Shown piece by piece: positions 51,139 to 63,249 of a stretch of 64,000 bases of DNA. The DNA is from an uncultured bacterium. GTDB lineage: Bacteria; Babelota; Babeliae; Babelales; Babelaceae. The stretch is from assembly GCA_963819815.1 (NCBI GenBank), contig CAWFXL010000001.1, forward strand, positions 640,001-704,000, in the 5' to 3' direction. A program made the position numbers and the translations under genes. The notes under the pieces were generated by a model. It had not been told where the DNA came from and did not search any database. It worked only from the letters and a program-made list of their open reading frames with translations. The stretch's first letter is position 1; every line of letters starts with the position of its first letter.

Positions 51139-51444
51139 TTACAGTACTTTCTTGGTACGCTTATCTATGCGTACTCGTTTACCATCTTCTTGCACTTGAA
51201 TTCCCACTCGCGTTGGCTTTGAATCGGAAACAAGCATGACATTGGAGAGATTAATAAAGCTTTCCATCTTTCTAATCGTAGGAGTTTCTCCTTGACGACG
51301 AGCTTTTTGATGCTTCGTAACCATGCCTAGACCTGCGACCTTCACAAGCCCCTTATCCCTATCCACTTCAAGAACCAGTCCTCTTTTTCCTTTATCTCGG
51401 CCCGTCATAATTTGAACCGTATCATTTCTTCGTATGCGCATCAT
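51139..51444 (-). CDS. rplX: 50S ribosomal protein L24
   Basis: DTV...GRDKGKRG KOW motif, SNVML. Confidence 0.95.
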   Translation of the reverse strand: MMRIRRNDTVQIMTGRDKGKRGLVLEVDRDKGLVKVAGLGMVTKHQKARRQGETPTIRKMESFINLSNVMLVSDSKPTRVGIQVQEDGKRVRIDKRTKKVL

Positions 51445-51462
51445 GGTCTTTGTATCCTTTAC

Positions 51463-51840
51463 TTAAATAACTTCAGGAGCTAGAGATACAATCTTAGCAA
51501 ATTCTTTTGCTCGAAGCTCACGTGCTACAGGACCAAAAATACGGGTCCCTACAAGCGTATTAAATTCATCAACCGATTTAACAATAACGCCCGCATTATC
51601 GCCAAAACGAATATAGCTTCCATCAGCACGACGTAACTCTTTTCTGGTGCGCACGATCACGGCGGTTATCACATCACCCTTCTTCACCGCGCCACCGGGA
51701 ATTGCTTTTTTTACCGCACATCTCACCATATCACCGATAAAGGCATACCGTTTTCGGGTACTCCCCACTAAGTGAATAATTTTTAATAACTGCGCACCGG
51801 AATTATCGGCGACGGTTAACATTGTTTCTTTTTGGACCAT
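51463..51840 (-). CDS. rplN: 50S ribosomal protein L14
   Basis: VADNSGA and [13 protein letters not shown] motifs. Confidence 0.98.
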   Translation of the reverse strand: MVQKETMLTVADNSGAQLLKIIHLVGSTRKRYAFIGDMVRCAVKKAIPGGAVKKGDVITAVIVRTRKELRRADGSYIRFGDNAGVIVKSVDEFNTLVGTRIFGPVARELRAKEFAKIVSLAPEVI

Positions 51841-51852
51841 TGTTACTTACCT

Positions 51853-52131
51853 TTACTCTTTATGCGACGTTACAATGCGCGCAAGATACATATATTTTGT
51901 TTTGGAGACAGGGCGTCCTTCATAAATCTCAACAATATCACCAACGGACGTTGTTCCTGCTTCATCATGCACTTTATATTTTCTTGCACTACGCATTACT
52001 TTCTTAAGTCGAGGATGGGTAAAAGTACGCTCAACACGAACCACGACCGTTTTATCCATCTTATCAGAAATTACTTCGCCTGTCAGTACTCGACGACCAC
52101 TTCTTGCAGAAACTGTTTCTTTTCTTACCAT
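51853..52131 (-). CDS. rpsQ: 30S ribosomal protein S17
   Basis: SDKMDKTVVV, HDE and RPVSKTK motifs. Confidence 0.97.
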   Translation of the reverse strand: MVRKETVSARSGRRVLTGEVISDKMDKTVVVRVERTFTHPRLKKVMRSARKYKVHDEAGTTSVGDIVEIYEGRPVSKTKYMYLARIVTSHKE

Positions 52132-52143
52132 CAGTTAACCCTC

Positions 52144-52347
52144 TTATACGTTGCCATGCTTCTGTTGCATAACGGTGAGCACACGCGCAATATTTTTCTT
52201 AAGCTTTTTAGCACTTTGATTATCTTTGATCGGTTTTGTCGCGCTATGAAGACGTTGAGTAAAATACTCTTGGCGTAACTCATTCTCCTTAGCGAGCAGC
52301 TCATCGATTGAAAGATTTTTTAATTTGTCTAATTCATTCTTTTTCAT
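52144..52347 (-). CDS. rpmC: 50S ribosomal protein L29
   Basis: Position between rplP and rpsQ; KKNIARVLT. Confidence 0.9.
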   Translation of the reverse strand: MKKNELDKLKNLSIDELLAKENELRQEYFTQRLHSATKPIKDNQSAKKLKKNIARVLTVMQQKHGNV

Positions 52348-52774
52348 AAACCTTCTTCCTTCGCCACTTCTTTCTTAACAATTCTTGTCTTCATAGGAAG
52401 CTTATACGCTGCTGCTTGCAAAGCACTCTTTGAGGTAACCTCATCAAGACCACTAATCTCAAACATAATACGCTCACGCTTCACTACGCAAACCCATTGT
52501 TCAACGTTACCTTTACCTTTACCCATACGTGTTTCCGCAGGTTTTTTGGTTACAGGCTTATCTGGGAATACACGTAAGAAGAATCTTCCCAGCTTTTTTC
52601 AGTTACGACGAGCAAGGGTTACACGAATCGCTTCAATCTGCTGAGCAGTGAGCCAGGCAGGTTCAACAGCTTGCAAGCCATATTCGCCAAAAGAAATGTC
52701 ACGAGCACCCTTTGACAAGCCTTTCCGGCGACCTCTTTGAACTTTACGAAACTTAATTTTTTTGGCATCAACAT
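52344..52774 (-). CDS. rplP: 50S ribosomal protein L16 (apparent frameshifts, likely sequence error)
   Basis: MLMPKK start and MGKGKG...YKLPMKT in different frames. Confidence 0.9.
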
Positions 52775-52776
52775 GA

Positions 52777-53425
52777 TTAACTCTTCTGCTATCAGTTGAT
52801 ATTCACCACGACAAATCCACACCTTGACCCCAATAATTCCGTAGGTCGTTAGTGCTTCAACAAGAGCCATAATCAATATCTGACCGTAAGGTATGCAATG
52901 GAGTCGACCCAACCCGTATCCATTCATCACGAGCAATTTCAGCACCACCTAAACGACCGGAACAACGAATCTTAATTCCGAGCGCACCCGCCTTCATAGT
53001 TGCCATGGCAGCTTTTTTCATTGCTTTTTTAAAGCTTACTCGTTTTTCAAGCTGTTCAGCAATGCTCTTTGCAACCACAATCGCATCAAGATCAGGTTTT
53101 TCAACTTCCTTAACGGAAACTTCTACATTAGCACGTTTAAGCAGTTTAGAAAGATCATTTCGTAACAATTCAATTTCTTTGCCCTGCTTACCAATGACTA
53201 ACACCAGGACGAGCTGAATGAATATCAACGCGGATATTATCACCCGCTTTTGCAATTTTAATCGAAGAAATTTCAGCCCCGGGAAGTTTATTTTCAATAT
53301 AACTTACGAATTTTAAAATCTTCAAGCAATAACTTGCCATAATTGCCACGACGAGCAAACCATCTTGAATCCCAATCTCGATAAATTCCTATTCTAAACC
53401 CTATTGGGTGAACCTTCTGTCCCAC
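52777..53425 (-). CDS. rpsC: 30S ribosomal protein S3 (apparent frameshifts)
   Basis: [24 protein letters not shown] and [12 protein letters not shown] across frames; ends approximate. Confidence 0.9.
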
Positions 53426-53432
53426 AGATCAC

Positions 53433-53823
53433 CTACTTACTGTTTTTGGTTTGTAATGTAACTTTAATATGACACATCCGCGTACGTTGCGGTTTAGCAC
53501 GACCTTGTGCTCCTGGTTTAAAATACCGTCTTATAGGACCTTGATCAACCCGAATATCTTTAACGATAAGTAAACTTGCTTCAACATTCTGCAAGTTCTT
53601 CGCATTAGCAACCGCTGATTCAAACAATTTTTTTATAGGCTCAACTCGCTGAGTTTTATAAGTCGTAAGCCAATTAAGCGCATAATCAACATCTTTACCA
53701 CGCACAACATCGACAATCGGTCTTAGCTTATAGGGCGAATAGTGCACATAACCGAGCAATCGCGCCAAACTGCTCAGCAGATGGTTCAGCTGTTATTTTT
53801 GCTGTTTTTAATGTCTTATCCAT
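53433..53823 (-). CDS. rplV: 50S ribosomal protein L22 (5' part frameshifted)
   Basis: SPYKLRPIVDVVRGK, SAVANA and PGAQGRA motifs. Confidence 0.9.
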
Positions 53824-53877
53824 GTATACGCTACCTTGTTATTATGCGGTACCTTTGCCCTCGCCTATTAATGCCTA

Positions 53878-54168
53878 TTACTTAGCAGGAGCTGCCCCAG
53901 CTTTACGCTGACCACTATGCAATCTGAAAGTTCTTGTCGGAGCAAATTCACCTAAGACGATGACCAACCATATTTTCAGTAACAAAAACCGAAACAAACT
54001 TTCTTCCATTATGTACTGCAATAGTTAAGTCCCACAAATTCAGGGGATACCATACTTCGACGAGACCATGTCTTAATAACTTCTCGTTTTCCACCAGCTT
54101 TCACTCGATCAACTTTTTTCAAGAAGATGATCATCAACAAATGGACCTTTTTTAGCAGATCGTGCCAT
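53878..54168 (-). CDS. rpsS: 30S ribosomal protein S19 (apparent frameshifts)
   Basis: [18 protein letters not shown] and [10 protein letters not shown] read manually. Confidence 0.9.
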
Positions 54169-54182
54169 ACTTATTCCTTACC

Positions 54183-55008
54183 TTATGGTTTTCTTCGCTT
54201 TAAAATAAGCGGATTTTTACGTGTTCTTGTACGGGTACCTTTAGCACCTTTACCCCATGGAGTCATTGGATGTGAACCAGATTTAGAACGACCTTCACCA
54301 CCACCATGTGGGTGATCAACAGGGTTCATAGCCATACCACGAACCGTAGGACGTAATGCCACGATGTCGTGTTCTTCCCGCTTTACCAATCGTAATATTT
54401 TTATAATCAGCATTACCTAATACACCAACGGTAGCCCAACAATCTAAGATGAACCATTCGAATTTCACCAGAAGGCATCTTTAATGTTGCATGATTCATC
54501 AGCTTTTGCCACAAATTGAACCGAAGTTCCTGCACTTCGTGCAAACTTTCCACCCGAACCAGGAGTAATTTCAACATTATGTACCATAAAACCAACCGGA
54601 ATATTGCGTAATCGGTAAACAATTTCCAACGTTTGCTTCAACTTCTACACCTGCAATACCGTATCACCAACAGCTAAGTCCTTCAGGCATCAGCATATAA
54701 TGTTTTTGCACCATTTTCATAAACAACAAGACCAATGCGTACATTACGATTTGGATCATATTCAATTGAAATAATTTTACCAGGAACATCACGTTGCTCT
54801 GCTTGAAAATCGATAATTCGATATTTTCGAGCAGCACCACCACCACGATGACGAACCGTAATACGTCCATAGGCATTTCGCCCACCTTGTTTTCTTAAGC
54901 CAACAGCTAAGACTTTTTTCTGGCTTTTTCTTAGTTAAGATCTCTGTATCAACAAACGTTTGAAAACGTAATGATGAATTTCGCGGTTTTCTTGTTACTA
55001 ATTGCCAT
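54183..55008 (-). CDS. rplB: 50S ribosomal protein L2 (apparent frameshifts)
   Basis: [28 protein letters not shown] and EYDPNR fragments. Confidence 0.92.
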
Positions 55009-55019
55009 AATCTATTTCC

Positions 55020-55372
55020 TTATTACTTCCTTATAGCTTCAGACTACTCAGTCGCTTGACCAGCATACTGGCAGTATCCGTAACCCCATCAAGATCAACT
55101 GAATATCCTTCTTTTAAGGTAATAATCGCTTTTTTCTTGTTTTGCCAACAGTAGAATGCGCGACCTGAACGTCTTTCTTTTACCTTTTAACACGATATAC
55201 TACTATCTTTTCAACTTTAACATTAAAAAGCTTTTTTAATGCTTCTGCAATCAAGAGGCTTATTTGCATCAGGATGAACTTCAAGCACTAGCTTTTTTAA
55301 ATTCTTATTTAAGCTATATGCTTTTTCAGTAATCCGCGGACCTTTAATAATATCATAAATTGTTAAATCCAT
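55020..55372 (-). CDS. rplW: 50S ribosomal protein L23 (apparent frameshifts)
   Basis: [24 protein letters not shown] and KKAIITLKEG fragments. Confidence 0.85.
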
Positions 55373-56038
55373 GTGCTCACCATTTCTTTAAAAGCATCTA
55401 AATCTTTTTTTAAAACCACCCACATGTTTACCATTGGAAAGATCATACGCATTTCGTTGATCAAAAAGAAGCATACGTACATTAGGAATATTGGCAAATG
55501 ATGCATGAGTCATATCTATCATGCTGGCGACTACAAAAAGAATAATATTTTTTGTCATGCAAACCCGCATGCTTGCAATGCATTAAATGCATGTGCTGTT
55601 TTTGGTGCACCATCTGAGTGGTTCCCAATCTAAGACATTACAATATTATTATTATCCAAACAATCCCAAAGAAGATTTATCATACACTACGTTTCGACGA
55701 TTTTTTGGTAACTTTCAAGGTACGTGTACGCTGGTTGTGGACCAAAAATAACACCACCTTTTCGCCAAATGGAGAACGCGAGACTACCTGCACGTGCTCG
55801 ACCTGTACCTTTTTGTTTCCAAGGTTTCTTATTAGAAAAAGCAACATCAGAACGACCTTTACAAGCAACTGTTCCTTGACGCCAATTTTGTAACAATGCA
55901 CGGATATAGGTCGAAAATGCTTCACTATGTACTGTCTGTACGCTGCTCTTCGGTCAGACCAATATCTGCTGGAGTCATCAGTCTGTAGCATCCTTCACCA
56001 GAACTCGTTAGCTTTGTAGCAGTTTTTCTTGTAGCCAT
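55363..56038 (-). CDS. rplD: 50S ribosomal protein L4 (apparent frameshifts)
   Basis: [28 protein letters not shown] and GGVIFGPQP; ends approximate. Confidence 0.9.
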
Positions 56039-56046
56039 GTGTTTAC

Positions 56047-56694
56047 CTACACCTTTCTCACAAAAACCAAGGATCCAGATTTGCCAGGAACCGAACCTTT
56101 TACTAACACAACATGTGCATCTGGCTCAATGTCTACTACTTCAAGATTTTTCATCGTACACGTTGATCAACACCCATATGACCAGGCATTCTTTTACCTT
56201 TAATAACACGACCACGACTTCTCATAAAGCTTAAAGCTCCGGGAATGCGTACCAAATGTAGCACCGTGACTTGCAGGACCACCAGAAAATCCATGTCGTT
56301 TAACAACACCTTGAAATCCACGTACCTTTGGTAATACCAGAAACATCAACACGATCACCTTTTGCCAAGCTAAGAATTGAGTCAGCAGCTGACCAATCTC
56401 GATTCCTTGCCAACGCTTCTGTTCACCCGCATTAGCTTGCTCAGTTAGGCACTTCTTTAAAGGCACTAAAATATTTCTTGGTCTTTTTCAACCAATCAGG
56501 TGAAAAAGTACTGATCTGCATATTTTTTCTTTACATAGCCTAATTTGAACCGCATCATACCCATCGCTTTCCTTGGTTTTAACTTGAGTTACATACCAGT
56601 TAGCAACATCAATAACGGTAACAGGAACCACTTTATTCTCCTGCGAAAAACTTGGGTCATTCCTATTTTTTTACCCCAGAGACCGTTTCACCAT
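56047..56694 (-). CDS. rplC: 50S ribosomal protein L3 (apparent frameshifts)
   Basis: [29 protein letters not shown] and KGSVPG fragments. Confidence 0.9.
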
Positions 56695-56708
56695 GTGATA
56701 TACCTTTC

Positions 56709-57014
56709 TTACTTAATTTCAACATCAACACCAGATGAAATATTTAACTTCATAAGCGCATCCATTGTTGCATCTGATGGAGAAACAATATCTAAAATGC
56801 GTCTATGCGTTGTTAATTCAAATTGCTCACGTGATTTTTTATCAATATGCGGCGATCTCAAAACCGTAAAACAACGCTTTTATTCGGCAGAGGAACAGGT
56901 CCCACTAATTGGGATCCTGTTCTTTTTACTGTCAAAACAATTTGCTTAACTGCTTTATCCAAGCAATTGATGATCATATGATTTAAGCGTTAAACGAATT
57001 TTTTGTTTTTTCAT
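56709..57014 (-). CDS. rpsJ: 30S ribosomal protein S10 (apparent frameshifts)
   Basis: [25 protein letters not shown] and GVDVEIK fragments. Confidence 0.92.
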
Positions 57015-57026
57015 CTATCAACCCAA

Positions 57027-58224
57027 TTACTCAATAATTTCAGTAACAACACCAGAACCAACAGTTCTGCCACCTTCACGAATTGCAAAACGTAGATCTT
57101 TTTCCATAGCAATAGGTGAAATCAATTCAACTGTCAACTCTAACATTATCACCAGGCATTACCATTTCACGACCAGCTGGCAAGTGTTACAACACCAGTA
57201 ACGTCAGTTGTTCTGAAATAGAATTGTGGACGATATCCATTGAAGAATGGACTATGACGTCCACCTTCATCTTTGCATAATACATAAACTTCACATTTAA
57301 ATTTCTTATGCGGAGTTAACTGAACCAGGTTTAGCAAGAACCATACCACGTTCAATTTCTTCTTTCTTAGCACCACGAAGAAGAAGACCAACGTTATCAC
57401 CAGCTTGACCTTCATTCAAGTTCTTTTCTGAACATTTCAACACCAGTAACAGTTGTTTTGATGTTGTACCAAAACCAACAATTTCAACTTCTTCACCAAC
57501 TTTAACTTTACCACGTTCAATACTACCTGTAGCAACTGTACCACGACCAGAAATAGAGAATACATCTTCAACAGGCATTAAGAATGGTTTATCAATTTCA
57601 CGTACTGGTTCTGGAATATAGGTATCAAGAGCATCCATTAATTTCATAATTGCTTGTAGCACCAATTTCACCTTTATCACCTTCAAGTGCTTTTAAAGCT
57701 GAACCACGAATAACAGGAATTTTATCACCAGGGAAATCATATTTTGTTAACAAGATCACGAATTTCTTCTTCAACCATGTCAATCATTTCTGGATCATCA
57801 ACCATATCTACTTTATTCAAGAAAACAACAAGTGCTGGAACACCAACGTTTTTTGCAAGCAAAATATGTTCACGTGTTTGAGGCATAGCACCATCAGCAG
57901 CAGATACAACTAAAATAGCACCATCCATTTGCGCAGCACCGGTGATCATGTTTTTTACATAGTCAGCATGACCAGGACAGTCAACGTGTGCATAGTGACG
58001 CTTTTCTGTTTCATATTCAACGTGAGAAGTTGCAATGGTAATACCACGTGCTTTTTCTTCTGGAGCATTATCAATCTGATCAAATGCTTTTAGCTTCTGC
58101 CAAACCTTTTTTTGCTAAATACTTTTGTAATTGCAGCTGTTAATGTTGTTTTACCATGGTCAACGTGACCAATAGTACCCACGTTTACATGCGGTTTTTT
58201 TCGCTCAAATATACCTTTTGCCAT
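57027..58224 (-). CDS. tuf: Elongation factor Tu (apparent frameshifts)
   Basis: [45 protein letters not shown] and [11 protein letters not shown] fragments. Confidence 0.95.
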
Positions 58225-58265
58225 CGTTATCTCCTAACAACTATAATTAATACTATACATACTAA

Positions 58266-60361
58266 CTATTTACTTCTTCAACAATTGCTTCTTGAACATT
58301 CTTTGGCACTTCTCGATAACATTCAAATTCCATCGAATAGGTTGCTCGTCCTTTAGTCATAGAACGCAAATCAGTTGCATAACCAAACATTTCACGCAAG
58401 TGGAACTTCAGCAGTAATAACTTGTTTACCCACTCTTAGCATTCCATACCTAAGAATTCTGCCACGTCGAGAGTTTAAGATCACCCATCACATCACCCAT
58501 ATATTCTTCAGGTGTTTCAACTTCAACTTTCATAATTGGTTCAAGCAATACAGGAGATGCTTTTGCCATACCATCTTTAAATGCCATAGAAGCAGCAATT
58601 TTAAATGCTATTTCAGATGAGTCAACATCATGGTATGAACCATCAAATAAGGTTACTTTAACATCAACAACTGGATATCCACCCAAAACACCTGTATTAA
58701 TTGCTTCTTCAAGACCTTTTTCAACCGCAGGAATAAATTCTCTTGGAATAGAACCACCAACAATTTCATTTTCAAACTCATAACCTTTACCACGCTCAAG
58801 AGGTTCAATCTTAATCCAAACATGACCATATTGACCACGACCACCAGATTGCTTAATAAATTTACCTTCAGCATCAACAGGTTTTTGAATTGTTTCTTTA
58901 TAAGCAACTTGCAGCTTACCTTGAACAACTTCAACTTTATGTTCACGCTTTAAACGATCAACAATAATTTCAAGATGCAATTCACCCATACCCTCAATAA
59001 CTGTTTGACCTGTTTCTTCATCATAAGATAAACTGAAATGATGGATCTTCTTGCATCATTTTTCGCAAAGCCAATAGTCATTTTTTCATAATCAGCTTTA
59101 TTTTTTGGCTCAACTGAAGCAGAAATAACTGGCGCTGGAATATCAATTGTTTTCAAGCAATATATTGATGACCTTCATCACACAGTGTATCACCTGTGAT
59201 AGCATCTTTAACACCAACAACTGCAGCAATATCACCTGCTCGTAACTCTTCAATTTCTTCACGCTTATTTGCATGCATTTTAACCAAACGACTTACACGT
59301 TCTTTAGTTCCTGTACGTAGAATTATAAACATAAGAACCAGACTTTAATTCACCTGAATAAACACGAATAAAGTTCAAGACACCAACAAATGGATCGGTC
59401 ATAATTTTAAAAACTAAGGCCTGAAAATGGTTCATCTAGGATCAGCTTTACGCAATCTCAGCTTCATCAGTTCCAGGCACTATACCCTCAACCGGAGGAA
59501 TATCCAGTGGTGATGGCAAATAATCAACAACAGCATCAAGCACTAAGCTGAACACCTTTATTTTTAAAAGCAGTACCACAAAATGCAGGAACTACTTTTA
59601 TGCTCAATAACGTACCTTTACGTAAAGCTGCTTTAATTTCTTCAATCGAAATTTCTTCTTCATTTAAAAATTTTTCAGCCAAGCTGCATCATCAAAATCA
59701 GCATGCTTTTTCAACAATCTTAGCACGCAACTCTTCAATCTTGATCTTTATATTCTGCAGGAACATCAGACCATATTACATGTCAACCCATTATCACCCT
59801 CACTAAATGTTGCCATTTTACGAGTTAATACATCAATAATGCCACGTAAAATTTTCTGATTCACCAACAGGCAATTTGCATAGCAACTGCATTAGCCTTT
59901 AAGCTTTATATTAACATCATCAACTACACTGTGAAATAATCAGCACCAATACGATCAAGTTTATTAACAAAAATAATACGTGGAACTTTATAACGATTTG
60001 CTTGACGCCATACTGTTTCAGATTGAGGCTGAACACCACCAACACCACAAAAAACTGCTATCACACCATCAAGAACACGCAATGAACGTCCTACTTCAAT
60101 AGTAAAATCAACGTGTCCGGAGTATCAATAATATTAATATGATAATCTTTCCAGCTACAAGTTGATTGCAGCTGAGGTAATGGTAATACCACGCTCACGC
60201 TCTTGCTCCATCCAGTCCATAATAGTTTCACCTTCATGAACTTCACCAATTTTATGGATAATACCGGTATAAAAAAGAATACGCTCAGTAACGGTAGTTT
60301 TACCCGCATCAATATGAGCAGCAATTCCTATATTTCTATATTTCTCTAATGGATTACTCAT
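58266..60361 (-). CDS. fusA: Elongation factor G (apparent frameshifts)
   Basis: [50 protein letters not shown] and [11 protein letters not shown] fragments. Confidence 0.95.
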
Positions 60362-60374
60362 TACTACACCTTAC

Positions 60375-60865
60375 CTACCAAGCATAATGAGAGAAGGCAC
60401 GATTAGCTTCTGCCATTCTATGAACATCTAATCTTTTTCTTAACCGCACCACCACGACCTTCAGCAGCATCCAATAAGCTCATGTGCCAAACGTAATACC
60501 CATAGTTTTATCTGAACGTTCTGCTGCAGCTGCTAATAAGCCAACGCATTGCAAGCGCTCGCGCTCTATCAGGATCTACTTCCATAGGAATTTGATAAAC
60601 ACTACCACCAACACGACGCGGACGAACTTCAACAGCAGGAATCACTTGCTCAAATGCTTTATAAAAAAGATCTAACGCTTTATTCTTGATCACCTTCGCT
60701 TTTTTCACTAAATACATCAATTGCATCATACACAATTGTACGAGCAATATTTTTTTTGCCACGCCCCATAACAACATTAATAAATTTTTGAACTGATCTC
60801 GAGATCCATAACGAGGATCAACTCCAATTATCTCGTCTAATATTTACTGATTTACGTCTTGGCAT
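60375..60865 (-). CDS. rpsG: 30S ribosomal protein S7 (apparent frameshifts)
   Basis: [20 protein letters not shown] and [15 protein letters not shown] fragments. Confidence 0.93.
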
Positions 60866-60880
60866 ATCTTACCTTCCTAC

Positions 60881-61254
60881 TTACTTTGGACGCTTAGCAC
60901 CATACAGTGAACGGACTCTGTCTTTCTATTTTCAACACCAGCAGAATCAAGTGCACCACGAACAATATGATATTTAACACCGGCAAGATCTTTTACTCTA
61001 CCACCACGAACAAGCACCACAGAGTGCTCTTGCAAGTTATGGCCTTCACCAGGAATATAAGCAGTTACTTCAATACCGGTTGAAAGCTTAACACGAGCAA
61101 CTTTACGTAATGCTGAGTTTGGTTTTTTAGGCGTTGTCGTAAATACACGAGTACATACACCACGGACCTGAGGATTTGCCTTCAGGGCCGCACTTTTTGA
61201 TTTGACTTTGGCTTTAGTGCGCTCAAAGCGCGCTAATTGATTAATCGTGGGCAT
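60881..61254 (-). CDS. rpsL: 30S ribosomal protein S12 (frameshift near the 3' end)
   Basis: [18 protein letters not shown] and [16 protein letters not shown] lies in a shifted frame. Confidence 0.96.
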
Positions 61255-61578
61255 ACGTTACCATTCCATTAAAGTTATAGATTCCATCTTTAATTCCAAC
61301 ATGCATGAGGCTTCTTCATTCAAAGAGAGACCTCTTAAAAACAGTGCTCCCTAAGGGAAGCTATTTCTTTTCAATGTTCTGACTCATTAAGGCTTTACCT
61401 GATTTTGGGAAAATCTTTTCAGCCCTAATTTTCGATAGATTACTTCAGTAGTATAGCTTCTTTGCTCTTTTTTTCAAGATCAAAAGACAAAAGAATTTGC
61501 CTCTTAGAACAAATAAAGTAAGCTAGTGTTCTAACTATACTACAGAAGTTTCATTTGTCAATTTTTCAAGGAGAATCT

Positions 61579-62700
61579 ATGTTGCTGCATGCGCTTTTCA
61601 CTAAAGTTACCCTAGCTCTGGGACTCTTATGGTCCAACCTGCCCCTTATTATCCTAGCACTTTTTGGATTAGGCTTTGTGATAGCTTTTCATGAGCTTGG
61701 GCACCTTCTTACTGCAAAGCTCTTTAATGTCTATGCACCCTCCTTTTCAATCGGTTTTGGGCCCAGGATTTTTCAGAAAAAGATCGGCGAAACTACCTAT
61801 GCGCTCTCTGCCATACCCTTAGGAGGCTATGTGGAGTTAGCAGGATCGGCTGAAATGGGACAAGGAGAGCAGGCTCATGCTCAAGATACGGGCGATCGTT
61901 CCTTTAATTCTAAGCCCTACTGGCAAAAGTTTCTCATTATGCTTGGAGGAATAGGGTTTAATATCATCTTTGCCTACTTTGCGCTAAGCATTCTTTTTAG
62001 CTCAGGAGCCCCTTGTATAGGTTCATGGTGTAACGATAAACCTGCAAACATAGGATCGGTCTATCCAAAAACCCCTGCTGAAAAAGCTGGCCTACATGAA
62101 AACGACACGATTGTTAGCGTTGATGATAAGCCCACAGCCACTATCGGTGAAGTTGTAGCTGCCCTTGAACCCTTCATAAAAAAACCGGTACGTCTTGGAG
62201 TACAAAGAGCTAACGAAGCCCTTACAATAGAGATTACTCCCGATGAGCAGACAGTAGGAAGTCACGCGAAGCCCCTAATCGGTGTAGCATGGCACATCAC
62301 AAAAATGGGCTTTTTTGAGGCATTCAAAGAAGGCTGGCTGGCAACCTGGTCACTGATGAAGCAGGTAGGCAATGCTCTACTGCATCTTACAAAAAGTAGA
62401 GAAGGTCTTGGTGGGCCGCTCATGCTTATTACTCAGGTTACTCAATTTGCGGGCATGGGCATAAAAATGTTCCTCTTTATGCTAGCTTTTATCAGTGTCA
62501 ACCTTGCTATATTTAATCTTCTTCCTCTTCCTATCTTTGATGGTGGTCAGGTACTCTTTTTCACGATTGAAGCACTTTCAGGCCGCCCACTCTCAGATAC
62601 AGCGCGTGAAAACGTTCACTATTATACCTGGATAGGAGTCATACTCTTGTTCATTTATCTTACGTTCCGCGATGTCATTAAATTAAGTTCATGGTTTTAG
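61579..62700 (+). CDS. rseP: RIP metalloprotease RseP (M50, PDZ)
   Basis: HELGH, FSIGFGP, PLGGYV, PDZ domain, NLLPLPIFDGG. Confidence 0.95.
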   Translation: MLLHALFTKVTLALGLLWSNLPLIILALFGLGFVIAFHELGHLLTAKLFNVYAPSFSIGFGPRIFQKKIGETTYALSAIPLGGYVELAGSAEMGQGEQAHAQDTGDRSFNSKPYWQKFLIMLGGIGFNIIFAYFALSILFSSGAPCIGSWCNDKPANIGSVYPKTPAEKAGLHENDTIVSVDDKPTATIGEVVAALEPFIKKPVRLGVQRANEALTIEITPDEQTVGSHAKPLIGVAWHITKMGFFEAFKEGWLATWSLMKQVGNALLHLTKSREGLGGPLMLITQVTQFAGMGIKMFLFMLAFISVNLAIFNLLPLPIFDGGQVLFFTIEALSGRPLSDTARENVHYYTWIGVILLFIYLTFRDVIKLSSWF

Positions 62701-62719
62701 CTTTAAATCCTTAAGAAAC

Positions 62720-62747
62720 TAAGGGGCGCCCTTCTGGGTGCCCCTTA
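62720..62747 (+). terminator. Intrinsic terminator after rseP
   Basis: TAAGGGGCGCCC-TTCT-GGGTGCCCCTTA. Confidence 0.75.
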
Positions 62748-63206
62748 TACTTTCAAAAAGAAATTCTATTTCATGCAGCGGAACCGACAGGTACCGTACA
62801 GCTCTGCAAAACACAGCTACAGTATTTGTTAAATATATAGGCTTTTAGGGCGTTCGATATGCCTTGCGGTAAGGGAAACTCGATTGCAAAGAAACCACCC
62901 AATCAATAGCTATTACAAAAGTAGCGAGCAGTGCGACATACTTGAAACAGGCAGAACGGAAAACGTCTGCGCAAACACTGTCTTCGCAATGGCTGTTCCA
63001 ACAAATGGAGTAATTGAAAAGGTAACTACCTCATCGGTCCCAGCCGGCTCAACCACCGTTAACGTTATGCATCCTCGACCATCCCCTAGCGGCAATGAAT
63101 CAATGCTCATGCTTACTGAGGTAGCCCACTGATTGCTATTAACTACTGCCGGACAGCTCATATCCCGCACAAAGACAAGTTGCTTAGCATTCTTTTGGGC
63201 ACTGAA

Positions 63207-63229
63207 AAGGCCGGCTCAGAGCCGGCCTT
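63207..63229 (-). terminator. Intrinsic terminator after the thioredoxin-domain gene
   Basis: AAGGCCGGCT-CAG-AGCCGGCCTT. Confidence 0.7.
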
Positions 63230-63249
63230 CTAGAAACTAGTAAGCAACA

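Noticed and set aside
52344..61254. Pseudogenes or programmed frameshifting in ribosomal, tuf and fusA genes
   Set aside because: The genes are essential, protein motifs are undegraded, indels share no slippery motif and are confined to one block. Assembly error is far more likely.
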